Of a DNA stretch of 36,173 bases, positions 7,742-17,471 are shown in pieces (within the stretch, counting starts at the first letter, position 1; the number at the start of each line of letters is the position of its first letter). The position numbers were made by a program, and so were the translations under genes. The notes below the pieces were generated by a model. The model did not search any database and was not told where the DNA came from. It was given only the letters and a program-made list of their open reading frames with translations. The DNA comes from a virus (taxonomy: Duplodnaviria > Heunggongvirae > Uroviricota > Caudoviricetes). The stretch lies in IMG/VR virus record IMGVR_UViG_2565956709_000006. One strand, written 5' to 3'.

Positions 7742-8275
7742 ATGAACGCAAAAATCAGATACGGCCTGTCGGCTGCCGTTCTGGCGCTGATTGCCGCTGG
7801 TGCGCCTGCGCCTGACATTCTCGACCAGTTTCTGGATGAAAAGGAAGGTAACCACACCACGGCATACCGTGATGGCGCGGGTATCTGGACCATCTGCCGC
7901 GGTGCCATCCTGGTGGATGGCAAACCTGTCGTTCCGGGCATGAAGTTGTCGAAGGAAAAATGCGACCGGGTTAACGCCATTGAGCGTGATAAGGCGCTGG
8001 CATGGGTGGAGAAAAACATCAAAGTGCCATTGAGCGAACCCCAGAAAGCGGGGATCGCGTCATTCTGTCCGTACAACATTGGTCCCGGTAAGTGTTTCCC
8101 GTCGACGTTTTATAAACGAATTAATGCAGGTGATCGCAGGGGAGCGTGTGAGGCGATTCGCTGGTGGATTAAGGACGGTGGCAGAGACTGCCGTATTCGT
8201 TCAAACAACTGCTACGGTCAGGTATCCCGTCGTGACCAGGAGAGCGCGCTGGCGTGCTGGGGTATCGACAGATAA
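7742..8275 (+). CDS. R: endolysin, lysozyme-like with N-terminal SAR signal-anchor-release domain
   Basis: 177-aa ORF. N-terminal hydrophobic Ala/Gly-rich segment LSAAVLALIAAGAPA typical of SAR endolysins, followed by a lysozyme-like domain with the catalytic region TAYRDGAGIWTICRG. Lies in the lysis cassette. Confidence 0.8.
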   Translation: MNAKIRYGLSAAVLALIAAGAPAPDILDQFLDEKEGNHTTAYRDGAGIWTICRGAILVDGKPVVPGMKLSKEKCDRVNAIERDKALAWVEKNIKVPLSEPQKAGIASFCPYNIGPGKCFPSTFYKRINAGDRRGACEAIRWWIKDGGRDCRIRSNNCYGQVSRRDQESALACWGIDR

Positions 8276-8365
8276 GCAGAATATTTTGCTGAAAAATGCG
8301 GTTTGCTTACACGGACGGATAACACGAAATCCTGCGAACTGACAAAAACTAAGTGAATAAAAGTA

Positions 8366-8399
8366 AAAACCCCGTTTGTTGGCTGCAAGCGGGGTTTTG
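8366..8399 (+). terminator. Rho-independent terminator-like hairpin between R and Rz
   Basis: AAAACCCCG ... CGGGGTTTT: 5-bp GC stem flanked by an A-run and a T-run; could act in either direction. Confidence 0.5.
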
Positions 8400-8473
8400 T
8401 GTTTCCTGACTCTGGAAAAGTCAAAGGAGAAAGTGTGTTTGATTTTAGCAAACTGATTCGGGAGATTCGAGTG

Positions 8474-8572
8474 ATGGCTGAAAAATTATCCACCTGGAAG
8501 TTCATTCTTATCTGGCTGGTGTTTGTGATTATGGCCTCCGGTTATTTCATCGGTCAGATACGCTGGTGGTGA
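8474..8572 (+). CDS. small hydrophobic peptide (32 aa), candidate membrane protein
   Basis: ATG at 8474 (in-frame GTG at 8471 and 8435, RBS-like AAAGGAGA at 8424..8431). Encodes MAEKLSTWKFILIWLVFVIMASGYFIGQIRWW with one predicted TM helix. Its stop lies 1 nt before the Rz start. Too short for the ORF track. Confidence 0.3.
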   Translation: MAEKLSTWKFILIWLVFVIMASGYFIGQIRWW

Positions 8573-8573
8573 A

Positions 8574-9041
8574 ATGAACCGCGTACTGTGCGTGGTCATC
8601 ATTGCCCTGCTGGTGGCCTGTGGTGCGCTTAGTCTGGGGCTGAATCATTACCGTGATAACGCCATAACCTACAAAGAGCAGCGCGATAAAAAAGTCAGTG
8701 AGCTGGAGCAGGCAAATGCAACCATTACTGATATGCAGCAGCGCCAGCGTGATGTTGCTGCACTTGATGCCAGATACTCGAGGGAATTAGCCGATGCGAG
8801 AGCTGAAAATGAAACTCTGCGCGCTGACGTTGCCGCTGGTCGTAAGCGCCTGCGGATCAACGCCACCTGCCCCGGTACCGTGCGTGAAGCCCCCACCACC
8901 TCCGGCGTGGATAATGCAACCGGCCCCCGACTGGCAGACACCGCTGAACGGGATTATTTCACTCTCAGAGAGCGGTTGATGCTGATGCAGAAGCAGCTGG
9001 AAGTGGCGCAGGAATATATCCGCACTCAGTGCCTGAAATAA
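8574..9041 (+). CDS. Rz: i-spanin Rz
   Basis: 155-aa ORF with N-terminal TM anchor (VLCVVIIALLVACGAL), coiled-coil-rich periplasmic domain, and the embedded Rz1 ORF in the +1 frame. Confidence 0.85.
   Translation: MNRVLCVVIIALLVACGALSLGLNHYRDNAITYKEQRDKKVSELEQANATITDMQQRQRDVAALDARYSRELADARAENETLRADVAAGRKRLRINATCPGTVREAPTTSGVDNATGPRLADTAERDYFTLRERLMLMQKQLEVAQEYIRTQCLK
8794..8979 (+). CDS. Rz1: o-spanin Rz1 (lipoprotein embedded in Rz)
   Basis: 61-aa ORF wholly inside Rz in another frame. Lipobox LVVSAC and proline-rich CVKPPPPPAWIMQPAPDWQTPLNGIIS, almost identical to lambda Rz1. Confidence 0.85.
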   Translation: MRELKMKLCALTLPLVVSACGSTPPAPVPCVKPPPPPAWIMQPAPDWQTPLNGIISLSESG

Positions 9042-9294
9042 GTTTTGCTGATGCGCGGTATTGTCGCCGTATCCCCGCATTAACAGAGACCGCAGCCCGA
9101 CCGGGAGACTCCTCTGCGCGAGTGTGCGGGGATAATCAAAAACGATACACACCGGGGTTTACCGCGTTAACGGAGCGCGGCGTTGTCCCCTCATAGTCGC
9201 CTGTCCGGTGCGATGGTGGAAGAAACTGGACTACATTGAAAATGATAACCATTATCATTTTTGCGGGTCCTTTCCGGCGATCCGGGCCGTTACG

Positions 9295-9306
9295 GGGCGG
9301 CGACCT
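9295..9306 (+). other. cos: cosN cohesive-end sequence (GGGCGGCGACCT) of a lambda-type cos site
   Basis: ...CCGTTACG|GGGCGGCGACCTCGCGGTTTTTCACTATTTATGAAAATTTTTC matches the lambda genome ends; the 12-nt sequence is identical to the lambda cohesive end. cosB-like elements and a palindrome (9406..9453) follow, upstream of Nu1. Confidence 0.85.
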
Positions 9307-9482
9307 CGCGGTTTTTCACTATTTATGAAAATTTTTCAGGGAAAATCGTGTCGGTACTTCTCGAATATAACTTTTTGTTTTTTTTTATATTGCATCCGTA
9401 AAGGTCCGACATGAAAGTGTCCGAAAATGCCTTTTTCTGGCGTTTTCATGTCGGGCCTTGTATTTGATAATGGGTTGTTTTC

Positions 9483-10031
9483 ATGAAGGTTAATAAAAAG
9501 AGGCTTGCCGAAATTTTCAACGTGGACCCGCGGACGATTGAACGCTGGCAGTCTCAGGGACTCCCTTGCGCCTCCAAAGGTAGTAAGGGCATTGAATCTG
9601 TATTTGATACTGCCATGGCAATTCAGTGGTATGCGCAGAGGGAAACTGATATCGAAAACGAAAAGCTCCGCAAAGAACTGGACGATTTGCGTGCGGCAGC
9701 GGAGTCAGATTTACAACCCGGCACCATTGACTATGAACGCTACCGGCTCACAAAAGCGCAGGCAGATGCGCAGGAACTGAAAAATGCCCGTGAAGACGGA
9801 GTAGTGCTGGAAACTGAACTGTTTACCTTCATTCTGCAACGTGTGGCACAGGAGATTTCGGGGATACTTGTGCGTGTGCCGTTGACATTACAGCGTAAAT
9901 ATCCGGACATTTCACCATCACACCTTGATGTGGTGAAAACTGAAATCGCGAAAGCCTCCAATGTTTCAGCTAAGGCCGGTGAAAACGTGGGCGGGTGGAT
10001 CGATGATTTCAGACGCGCAGAAGGCAGCTAA
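9483..10031 (+). CDS. nu1: terminase small subunit
   Basis: 182-aa ORF. Strong similarity to lambda Nu1 (N-terminal winged HTH, ...ENEKLR...[29 protein letters not shown]...). Directly downstream of cos. Confidence 0.9.
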   Translation: MKVNKKRLAEIFNVDPRTIERWQSQGLPCASKGSKGIESVFDTAMAIQWYAQRETDIENEKLRKELDDLRAAAESDLQPGTIDYERYRLTKAQADAQELKNAREDGVVLETELFTFILQRVAQEISGILVRVPLTLQRKYPDISPSHLDVVKTEIAKASNVSAKAGENVGGWIDDFRRAEGS

Positions 10032-11931
10032 TGCAGCCGGTGCGATAGCAACAGGGCTTTTATCTCTCATTATTCCTGTTCCACTGACGACAGTTCAGTG
10101 GGCCAATAAACATTATTACCTTCCTAAAGAGTCGTCTTATACCCCGGGGCGGTGGGAAACACTGCCGTTTCAGGTTGGCATCATGAACTGTATGGGCAAC
10201 GATTTGATTCGCACTGTTAACCTGATTAAATCTGCCCGTGTTGGTTATACAAAGATGTTGCTGGGAGTGGAGGCTTATTTTATTGAGCATAAATCACGCA
10301 ACAGCCTTCTTTTTCAGCCCACGGACTCAGCTGCTGAAGATTTTATGAAATCTCATGTTGAGCCAACGATAAGGGAGGTTCCTGCGTTGCTGGAGCTGGC
10401 TCCATGGTTCGGAAGAAAACACCGCGATAATACGCTCACCCTGAAGCGTTTTTCCTCCGGTGTGGGTTTCTGGTGTCTGGGGGGAGCGGCAGCAAAAAAC
10501 TACCGTGAAAAATCCGTGGATGTGGTCTGTTATGACGAGCTTTCCTCGTTCGAACCGGATGTTGAAAAAGAGGGTTCGCCAACCCTGCTGGGGGATAAAC
10601 GTATTGAGGGCTCTGTATGGCCCAAATCCATTCGCGGCTCGACTCCTAAAATCAAAGGCTCCTGCCAGATCGAAAAAGCCGCTAACGAGTCGGCACACTT
10701 CATGCGTTTTTATGTGCCCTGTCCGCACTGTGGGGAGGAGCAGTATCTGAAATTTGGCGATGAGTCCACGCCTTTTGGGCTTAAATGGGAGAAGGACAGC
10801 CCCGAAAGCGTTTTCTACCTCTGTGAGCATCATGGCTGCGTGATCCATCAGTCTGAACTGGACCAGAGTAACGGGCGGTGGATCTGTGAAAACACGGGCA
10901 TGTGGACCCGTGACGGCCTGACGTTTTTCAGCGCTGCGGGTAATGAAATTCCGCCGCCGCGCTCCATCACTTTCCATATCTGGACGGCGTACAGTCCGTT
11001 CACCACCTGGGTACAGATTGTCTATGACTGGCTGGATGCACTGAAAGATCCCAACGGCCTGAAAACCTTTGTGAACACCACGCTGGGCGAGACCTGGGAA
11101 GAGGCTGTGGGCGAAAAAATCGATCACCAGGTACTGATGGATAAGGTTGTGCGTTACACGGCGGCGGTGCCTGCCCGGGTGGTTTATCTGACGGCGGGCA
11201 TTGACTCGCAGCGAAACCGTTTTGAGATGTATGTCTGGGGATGGGCTCCGGGAGAGGAAGCCTTTCTGGTGGATAAAATCATCATTATGGGGCGTCCCGA
11301 TGAGGAAGAGACGCTGTTACGTGTGGATGCGGCGATCAACAAAAAATACCGCCATGCAGACGGAACCGAAATGACTATTTCCCGTGTCTGCTGGGACATC
11401 GGGGGGATCGATGGCGAAATCGTTTATCAGAGGTCAAAAAAACACGGTGTTTTCCGGGTGCTGCCGGTAAAAGGCGCATCTGTCTATGGCAAGCCGGTGA
11501 TCACCATGCCAAAAACCCGCAATCAGCGGGGCGTGTATCTGTGTGAAGTGGGGACGGACACCGCAAAAGAAATTCTCTATGCCCGTATGAAAGCCGATCC
11601 CACGCCTGTGGATGAAGCCACGTCGTATGCCATCCGTTTTCCTGATGATCCGGAGATTTTTTCGCAGACAGAGGCGCAGCAACTGGTCGCGGAAGAGCTT
11701 GTGGAGAAGTGGGAAAAAGGAAAGATGCGTCTGCTGTGGGATAACAAAAAGCGGCGTAACGAAGCGCTGGACTGCCTGGTGTATGCCTACGCGGCATTAC
11801 GTGTGTCCGTGCAACGCTGGCAGCTTGATCTGGCTGTACTGGCAAAATCCCGGGAAGAAGAGACGACCCGGCCAACCCTTAAAGAACTGGCAGCGAAGCT
11901 GTCCGGAGGAGTGAATGGTTACAGTCGCTGA
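10003..11931 (+). CDS. A: terminase large subunit
   Basis: Collinear with lambda gpA ([25 protein letters not shown], Walker-type region, C-terminal nuclease). Start placed at ATG 10003 (MISDAQ...), overlapping Nu1 by 29 nt as in lambda; the track ORF begins at 9961. Confidence 0.9.
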   Translation: MISDAQKAANAAGAIATGLLSLIIPVPLTTVQWANKHYYLPKESSYTPGRWETLPFQVGIMNCMGNDLIRTVNLIKSARVGYTKMLLGVEAYFIEHKSRNSLLFQPTDSAAEDFMKSHVEPTIREVPALLELAPWFGRKHRDNTLTLKRFSSGVGFWCLGGAAAKNYREKSVDVVCYDELSSFEPDVEKEGSPTLLGDKRIEGSVWPKSIRGSTPKIKGSCQIEKAANESAHFMRFYVPCPHCGEEQYLKFGDESTPFGLKWEKDSPESVFYLCEHHGCVIHQSELDQSNGRWICENTGMWTRDGLTFFSAAGNEIPPPRSITFHIWTAYSPFTTWVQIVYDWLDALKDPNGLKTFVNTTLGETWEEAVGEKIDHQVLMDKVVRYTAAVPARVVYLTAGIDSQRNRFEMYVWGWAPGEEAFLVDKIIIMGRPDEEETLLRVDAAINKKYRHADGTEMTISRVCWDIGGIDGEIVYQRSKKHGVFRVLPVKGASVYGKPVITMPKTRNQRGVYLCEVGTDTAKEILYARMKADPTPVDEATSYAIRFPDDPEIFSQTEAQQLVAEELVEKWEKGKMRLLWDNKKRRNEALDCLVYAYAALRVSVQRWQLDLAVLAKSREEETTRPTLKELAAKLSGGVNGYSR

Positions 11932-12121
11932 ACTGCAGGCGCTGCGTCAGGCGCGCCTTGATTTATTAACCGGTAAACGGGTGGTGTCTGTCCAGAAAGA
12001 TGGTCGCAGAATTGAATATACGGCGGCTTCTCTGGATGAGCTTAACCGGGCGATCAATGATGCGGAGTCGGTACTGGGGACAACCCGGCGTCGCCGTCGT
12101 CCGCTGGGAGTGAGGTTATGA
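11915..12121 (+). CDS. W: head-tail connector protein
   Basis: 68-aa ORF similar to lambda gpW (LLTGKRVVSVQKDGRRIEYTAASL). Confidence 0.85.
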   Translation: MVTVAELQALRQARLDLLTGKRVVSVQKDGRRIEYTAASLDELNRAINDAESVLGTTRRRRRPLGVRL

Positions 12122-13710
12122 AACGAACGCCTGTCCTGATTGATGTGAACGGCGTTCCGCTTCGTGAGAGTCTCAGCTACAACGGGGGCGGTGCAGGATT
12201 TGGCGGGCAAATGGCTGAGTGGTTGCCACCGGCGCAGAGTGCCGATGCGGCCCTGCTACCCGCGTTGCGTCTGGGGAATGCCCGGGCAGATGATCTGGTG
12301 CGCAATAACGGAATAGCGGCTAATGCGGTGGCTCTGCATAAGGATCACATTGTCGGGCATATGTTTCTGATCAGCTACCGTCCGAACTGGCGCTGGCTGG
12401 GGATGCGGGAGACCGCAGCAAAAAGCTTTGTCGATGAGGTGGAGGCGGCCTGGTCGGAATACGCCGAAGGGATGTTTGGCGAGATCGACGTGGAAGGAAA
12501 ACGCACGTTCACGGAATTTATCCGTGAAGGTGTGGGCGTTCATGCGTTTAACGGCGAAATCTTTGTGCAGCCGGTCTGGGATACGGAAACCACGCAGTTA
12601 TTCCGTACGCGTTTTAAAGCCGTGAGTCCGAAACGGGTGGACACGCCTGGACACGGTATGGGGAACCGTTTTCTGCGGGCCGGTGTGGAGGTCGATCGAT
12701 ATGGCCGTGCCGTCGCGTACCATATTTGTGAGGACGATTTTCCGTTCTCTGGTAGTGGACGATGGGAACGGATCCCGCGTGAACTTCCCACCGGGCGTCC
12801 GGCCATGCTGCATATTTTCGAGCCGGTGGAGGACGGGCAGACCCGTGGGGCTAATCAGTTTTACAGCGTCATGGAACGGCTGAAGATGCTCGATTCCCTG
12901 CAGGCAACACAGCTTCAGTCGGCCATAGTGAAGGCGATGTATGCAGCGACGATTGAAAGTGAACTTGATACCGAAAAGGCCTTTGAATATATCGCCGGTG
13001 CGCCGCAGGGGCAGAAGGATAATCCGCTTATTAATATTCTGGATAAGTTCTCCACCTGGTATGACACGAATAGCGTGACGCTGGGCGGTGTCAAAATTCC
13101 GCACCTTTTCCCCGGTGATGATCTGAAACTTCAGACCGCGCAGGATTCAGACAATGGATTTTCGGCGCTTGAACAGGCGCTGCTGCGGTATATCGCCGCC
13201 GGTCTTGGCGTTTCCTACGAACAGTTGTCCCGTGATTACTCGAAGGTCAGTTATTCAAGTGCCCGCGCATCCGCCAATGAGTCGTGGCGCTATTTTATGG
13301 GGCGGCGAAAATTTATTGCGTCCCGGCTGGCCACGCAGATGTTTTCCTGCTGGCTGGAAGAGGCACTTCTTCGGGGGATTATTCGTCCGCCACGGGCACG
13401 TTTTGATTTTTATCAGGCGCGATCAGCCTGGTCACGGGCTGAGTGGATTGGAGCCGGAAGAATGGCCATTGACGGGCTCAAGGAGGTTCAGGAATCAGTG
13501 ATGCGCATTGAGGCCGGACTGAGCACGTATGAGAAAGAGCTGGCGCTGATGGGCGAGGATTATCAGGACATTTTCCGCCAGCAGGTCAGGGAATCTGCAG
13601 AGCGGGAAAAAGCCGGACTCTCACGTCCGGTGTGGATAGCGCAGGCGTATCAGCAGCAGATAGCGGAGAGTCGCAGGCCGGAAGAGGAGACAACACCACG
13701 TGAGACGTAA
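12118..13710 (+). CDS. B: portal protein
   Basis: 530-aa ORF in the lambda gene order after W; size and sequence match lambda gpB. Confidence 0.9.
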   Translation: MKRTPVLIDVNGVPLRESLSYNGGGAGFGGQMAEWLPPAQSADAALLPALRLGNARADDLVRNNGIAANAVALHKDHIVGHMFLISYRPNWRWLGMRETAAKSFVDEVEAAWSEYAEGMFGEIDVEGKRTFTEFIREGVGVHAFNGEIFVQPVWDTETTQLFRTRFKAVSPKRVDTPGHGMGNRFLRAGVEVDRYGRAVAYHICEDDFPFSGSGRWERIPRELPTGRPAMLHIFEPVEDGQTRGANQFYSVMERLKMLDSLQATQLQSAIVKAMYAATIESELDTEKAFEYIAGAPQGQKDNPLINILDKFSTWYDTNSVTLGGVKIPHLFPGDDLKLQTAQDSDNGFSALEQALLRYIAAGLGVSYEQLSRDYSKVSYSSARASANESWRYFMGRRKFIASRLATQMFSCWLEEALLRGIIRPPRARFDFYQARSAWSRAEWIGAGRMAIDGLKEVQESVMRIEAGLSTYEKELALMGEDYQDIFRQQVRESAEREKAGLSRPVWIAQAYQQQIAESRRPEEETTPRET

Positions 13711-15205
13711 TCTTTCACACATTATTGCCGCAGCATTCAATGAACCGCTGCTTCTGGAGCCCGCCTATGCGCGGGTTTTCTTTTGCGCGCTCGGGCGCGA
13801 GATGGGGGCAGCAAGTCTTTCGGTACCACAACAGCAGGTACAGCTTGATGCTCCCGGAATGCTGGCTGAAACGGACGAGTACATGGCCGGAGGTAAACGA
13901 CCGGCCCGTGTTTACCGGGTGGTGAACGGTATTGCGGTACTGCCGGTGAGCGGCACGCTGGTGCACCGGCTGGGGGGGATGCGGCCATTTTCCGGAATGA
14001 CTGGCTATGACGGCATTGTCGCCTGTCTTCAGCAGGCAATGGCAGATAGCCAGGTGCGGGGCATACTGCTGGACATTGACAGTCCGGGCGGGCAGGCCGC
14101 CGGCGCGTTTGACTGCGCTGACATGATTTACCGCCTCCGGCAGCAGAAGCCGGTCTGGGCACTGTGTAATGACACGGCCTGTTCTGCGGCCATGCTGCTG
14201 GCGTCGGCCTGCTCCCGACGGCTGGTTACCCAGACATCCCGTATCGGTTCCATTGGCGTGATGATGAGCCATGTCAGCTATGCCGGTCATCTGGCGCAGG
14301 CCGGTGTGGATATCACGCTGATTTACTCAGGGGCGCACAAGGTGGATGGCAATCAGTTTGAAGCGTTGCCGGCAGAGGTTCGCCAGGACATGCAGCAGCG
14401 GATTGATGCGGCGCGCCGGATGTTTGCCGAAAAAGTGGCGATGTTTACCGGTCTGTCTGTTGATGCAGTCACGGGAACAGAGGCCGCTGTTTTTGAAGGT
14501 CAGTCCGGCATTGAGGCCGGGCTGGCGGATGAATTAATCAATGCGTCGGATGCCATCAGTGTGATGGCCACGGCGCTGAACAGTAATGTCAGAGGAGGCA
14601 CTATGCCGCAATTAACTGCAACGGAAGCCGCCGTGCAGGAGAACCAGCGAGTGATGGGGATCCTGACATGCCAGGAAGCGAAAGGACGTGAACAGCTTGC
14701 CACGATGCTGGCAGGGCAACAGGGCATGAGCGTTGAACAGGCCCGGGCGATTCTGGCCGCGGCGGCACCGCAGCAGCCGGTGGCATCCGCGCAGAGTGAA
14801 GCCGATCGCATTATGGCGTGTGAAGAAGCGAACGGTCGTGAACAACTGGCGGCAACGCTGGCGGCGATGCCGGAGATGACGGTGGAAAAAGCCCGCCCGA
14901 TCCTGGCGGCTGCACCACTGGCGGATGCCGGGCCCTCGCTTCGTGATCAGATCATGGCCCTGGATGAGGCAAAAGGGGCAGAAGCGCAGGCTGAAAAACT
15001 GGCGGCCTGCCCGGGAATGACCGTGGAGAACGCCCGGGCTGTGCTGGCTGCGGGATCAGGTAAGGCCGAACCGGTCTCTGCATCCACAACAGCCCTGTTT
15101 GAACATTTCATGGCGAATCATTCACCGGCAGCGGTGCGGGGTGGCGTGTCACAGACGTCAGCAGACGGTGATGCGGACGTGAAAATGCTCATGGCCATGC
15201 CATGA
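13700..15205 (+). CDS. C: head maturation protease / scaffold (S49 ClpP-like, Nu3-type C-terminus)
   Basis: 501-aa ORF with GTG start. Similar to lambda gpC (NEPLLLEPAYARVFFCAL, S49 protease core ...CSAAMLLASA...). The C-terminal region carries three tandem repeats of an approximately 40-aa module. Confidence 0.85.
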   Translation: MRRNLSHIIAAAFNEPLLLEPAYARVFFCALGREMGAASLSVPQQQVQLDAPGMLAETDEYMAGGKRPARVYRVVNGIAVLPVSGTLVHRLGGMRPFSGMTGYDGIVACLQQAMADSQVRGILLDIDSPGGQAAGAFDCADMIYRLRQQKPVWALCNDTACSAAMLLASACSRRLVTQTSRIGSIGVMMSHVSYAGHLAQAGVDITLIYSGAHKVDGNQFEALPAEVRQDMQQRIDAARRMFAEKVAMFTGLSVDAVTGTEAAVFEGQSGIEAGLADELINASDAISVMATALNSNVRGGTMPQLTATEAAVQENQRVMGILTCQEAKGREQLATMLAGQQGMSVEQARAILAAAAPQQPVASAQSEADRIMACEEANGREQLAATLAAMPEMTVEKARPILAAAPLADAGPSLRDQIMALDEAKGAEAQAEKLAACPGMTVENARAVLAAGSGKAEPVSASTTALFEHFMANHSPAAVRGGVSQTSADGDADVKMLMAMP

Positions 15206-15241
15206 AGTCAGTGCTGACCATCAATATGAGGTTTTAACAAA

Positions 15242-15589
15242 ATGGTGACGAAAACCATCACTGAACAGCGTGCGGAAGTACGTATTTTTGCCGGTAATGA
15301 TCCGGCTCATACCGCCACAGGCAGCAGCGGGATTTCTTCTGCAACACCGGCTCTGACGCCCCTGATGCTGGATGAAGCCACCGGGAAACTGGTGGTCTGG
15401 GATGGACAGAAAGCCGGTAGTGCGGTTGGCATACTGGTACTGCCGCTTGAAGGCACAGAGACGGTGCTGACCTATTACAAGTCGGGGACCTTTGCGACGG
15501 AGGCAATCCGCTGGCCTGACAGTGTGGATGAACACAAAAAGGCAAATGCCTTTGCCGGCACAGCCCTGAGTCACGCGGCTCTGCCGTAA
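15242..15589 (+). CDS. D: head decoration protein
   Basis: 115-aa ORF similar to lambda gpD (DPAHTAT...TPLMLD...KLVVWDG...GILV...YKSGTF...AFAGTA). Confidence 0.9.
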   Translation: MVTKTITEQRAEVRIFAGNDPAHTATGSSGISSATPALTPLMLDEATGKLVVWDGQKAGSAVGILVLPLEGTETVLTYYKSGTFATEAIRWPDSVDEHKKANAFAGTALSHAALP

Positions 15590-15646
15590 CACGTTATCAG
15601 GCCACCATGGTGACCTGACTGATTTCTGAATGAAAGGAACTGATTT

Positions 15647-16675
15647 ATGGGATTGTTTACGACCCGCCAGTTACTCGGTTATACCGAACAAAAAGTGAAA
15701 TTCCGTGCGCTGTTTCTGGAGCTGTTTTTCCGCCGTACGGTGAATTTCCACACCGAAGAGGTGATGCTGGACAAAATTACCGGAAAAACGCCGGTGGCGG
15801 CCTATGTCTCCCCGATCGTTGAAGGAAAAGTGCTTCGCCATCGCGGTGGTGAAACCCGCGTGTTACGTCCGGGCTACGTCAAGCCGAAACACGAATTTAA
15901 TTACCAGCAGGCGGTTGAGCGCCTTCCTGGTGAAGATCCGGCTCAGCTGAACGACCCGGCCTACCGTCGTCTGCGTATCATTACCGATAACCTCAAACAG
16001 GAAGAGCACGCCATTGTCCAGGTGGAAGAAATGCAGGCGGTGAATGCCGTGCTGTATGGCAAATACACCATGGAAGGGGATCAGTTTGATACTGTCGAGG
16101 TGGATTTCGGGCGCTCTGAAGGAAATAACATTGAGCAGGCTGACGGTAAAAAATGGTCTGAGCAGGACCGTGATACGTTTGATCCGACGCATGATATTGA
16201 CCTCTACTGCGATCAGGCCAGCGGCCTTGTGAATATCGCCATTATGGACGGTACGGTCTGGCGTCTGCTGAATGGCTTTAAGCTGTTCCGCGAAAAACTG
16301 GATACCCGTCGCGGCTCAAATTCACAACTCGAAACGGCAGTGAAAGATCTGGGCGCAGTGGTGTCCTTCAAGGGGTATTACGGCGATCTGGCCATTGTGG
16401 TGGCGAAAACGTCTTATGTGGCAGAGGACGGTACCGAAAAACGTTATCTGCCGGAGGGCATGCTGGTGTTGGGGAATACGGCGGCAGAGGGGATTCGTTG
16501 CTATGGTGCCATTAAGGATGCACAGGCGTTGTCTGAAGGAGTGGTGGCTTCTTCCCGTTACCCGAAACACTGGCTGACCGTGGGCGATCCGTCCTGTGAA
16601 TTCACCATGACGCAGTCCGCTCCGCTGATGGTGCTGCCGGATCCGGATGAGTTTGTGGTGGTACAGGTGAAATAA
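15647..16675 (+). CDS. E: major capsid protein
   Basis: 342-aa ORF strongly similar to lambda gpE (PGYVKPKHE, DPAYRR, QVEEMQAV, KLDTRRGSNS, MTQSAPLM, PDPDEFV). RBS AAAGGAAC. Confidence 0.95.
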   Translation: MGLFTTRQLLGYTEQKVKFRALFLELFFRRTVNFHTEEVMLDKITGKTPVAAYVSPIVEGKVLRHRGGETRVLRPGYVKPKHEFNYQQAVERLPGEDPAQLNDPAYRRLRIITDNLKQEEHAIVQVEEMQAVNAVLYGKYTMEGDQFDTVEVDFGRSEGNNIEQADGKKWSEQDRDTFDPTHDIDLYCDQASGLVNIAIMDGTVWRLLNGFKLFREKLDTRRGSNSQLETAVKDLGAVVSFKGYYGDLAIVVAKTSYVAEDGTEKRYLPEGMLVLGNTAAEGIRCYGAIKDAQALSEGVVASSRYPKHWLTVGDPSCEFTMTQSAPLMVLPDPDEFVVVQVK

Positions 16676-16683
16676 TCCGTGAG

Positions 16684-16712
16684 CGGGGGCGAAATGCCCC
16701 CGTGTCTTTTTT
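16684..16712 (+). terminator. hairpin plus T-run immediately after the major capsid gene (probable partial terminator)
   Basis: Perfect 6-bp GC stem CGGGGG/CCCCCG with 7-nt loop followed by TGTCTTTTTT. Confidence 0.5.
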
Positions 16713-16726
16713 CACAGGAGGCTGAG

Positions 16727-17110
16727 ATGGCAACAAAAGAAGAAAATCTGAATCGTCTTCGTCAACTGGCTGACCTGCTGGGGCGCGAGGCGGATATGTC
16801 GGGGAGTGCTGCGGATATTGCTCAACGTGTGTCTGAGTGGGAAGAGGAGCTTGCTGTTTCCCCGGAGGGCATTATGCACTCTGATGAGAGCGGGGCTGAT
16901 CAAAATCACACAGACGATGGTGAGCAGTTGAACAACACGGATGCTCCGGATGATGTTAAAGCCGTCCGGGTACGGAAGTGCCTGCAAGTAATGGGGTATT
17001 GCCCGGAGACAGGTCGTCCCGTTGAGCTGGCGTTACGGGGTATGCGTGTTCTGGTGCCATCATCACTGGCAACGGCCATGATACAGCACGGAACGGCTGA
17101 ATATGCGTGA
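16727..17110 (+). CDS. FI: DNA packaging / head completion protein FI
   Basis: Internal ATG of track ORF 16679..17110 with strong RBS AGGAGG. Position and acidic composition consistent with lambda FI. Confidence 0.7.
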   Translation: MATKEENLNRLRQLADLLGREADMSGSAADIAQRVSEWEEELAVSPEGIMHSDESGADQNHTDDGEQLNNTDAPDDVKAVRVRKCLQVMGYCPETGRPVELALRGMRVLVPSSLATAMIQHGTAEYA

Positions 17111-17456
17111 TTTTCAGAATGCCTTTGATGCTGCCCTCGCCGGGGTAGACAGTACGATCGTTGAAGTGATGGGGCTCTGTGCGCAGTTCACCTCGGGGGC
17201 ACAGTGTGGCAGCGAAGTTCAGGGGGTTTTTGATGATCCGGAGTCGCTGGGGTTTGCCGGTGGCGGGGTCCGTATTGAAGGAAGCAGCCCGTCATTATTT
17301 GTGCGGACGGATACGGTTCGTGCCGTGCGGCGTGGTGACACGCTGACCATTAATGGTGAGATATTCTGGGTGGATCGTGTTTCTCCGGATGACGGGGGCA
17401 GCTGTTATCTCTGGCTCAACCGTGGTCAACCACCCGCAGTTAACCGGCGACGATAA
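17103..17456 (+). CDS. FII: head-tail joining protein FII
   Basis: 117-aa ORF, same length as and highly similar to lambda FII (GVFDDPE, GSSPSLFVRTD, RRGDTLTI, FWVDRVSPDDGGSC, LWL, PPAVNRRR). Confidence 0.9.
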   Translation: MRDFQNAFDAALAGVDSTIVEVMGLCAQFTSGAQCGSEVQGVFDDPESLGFAGGGVRIEGSSPSLFVRTDTVRAVRRGDTLTINGEIFWVDRVSPDDGGSCYLWLNRGQPPAVNRRR

Positions 17457-17471
17457 ACGCAGGGTGAAATT

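Noticed and set aside
8079-8342. 87-aa plus-strand ORF overlapping the 3' half of endolysin R
   Set aside because: Alternative frame of R, Arg-rich, with no start signals.
10327-11127. 266-aa minus-strand ORF inside the terminase large subunit gene
   Set aside because: Antisense to gene A, which is collinear with lambda gpA; an open frame arising from GC-rich coding sequence on the other strand.
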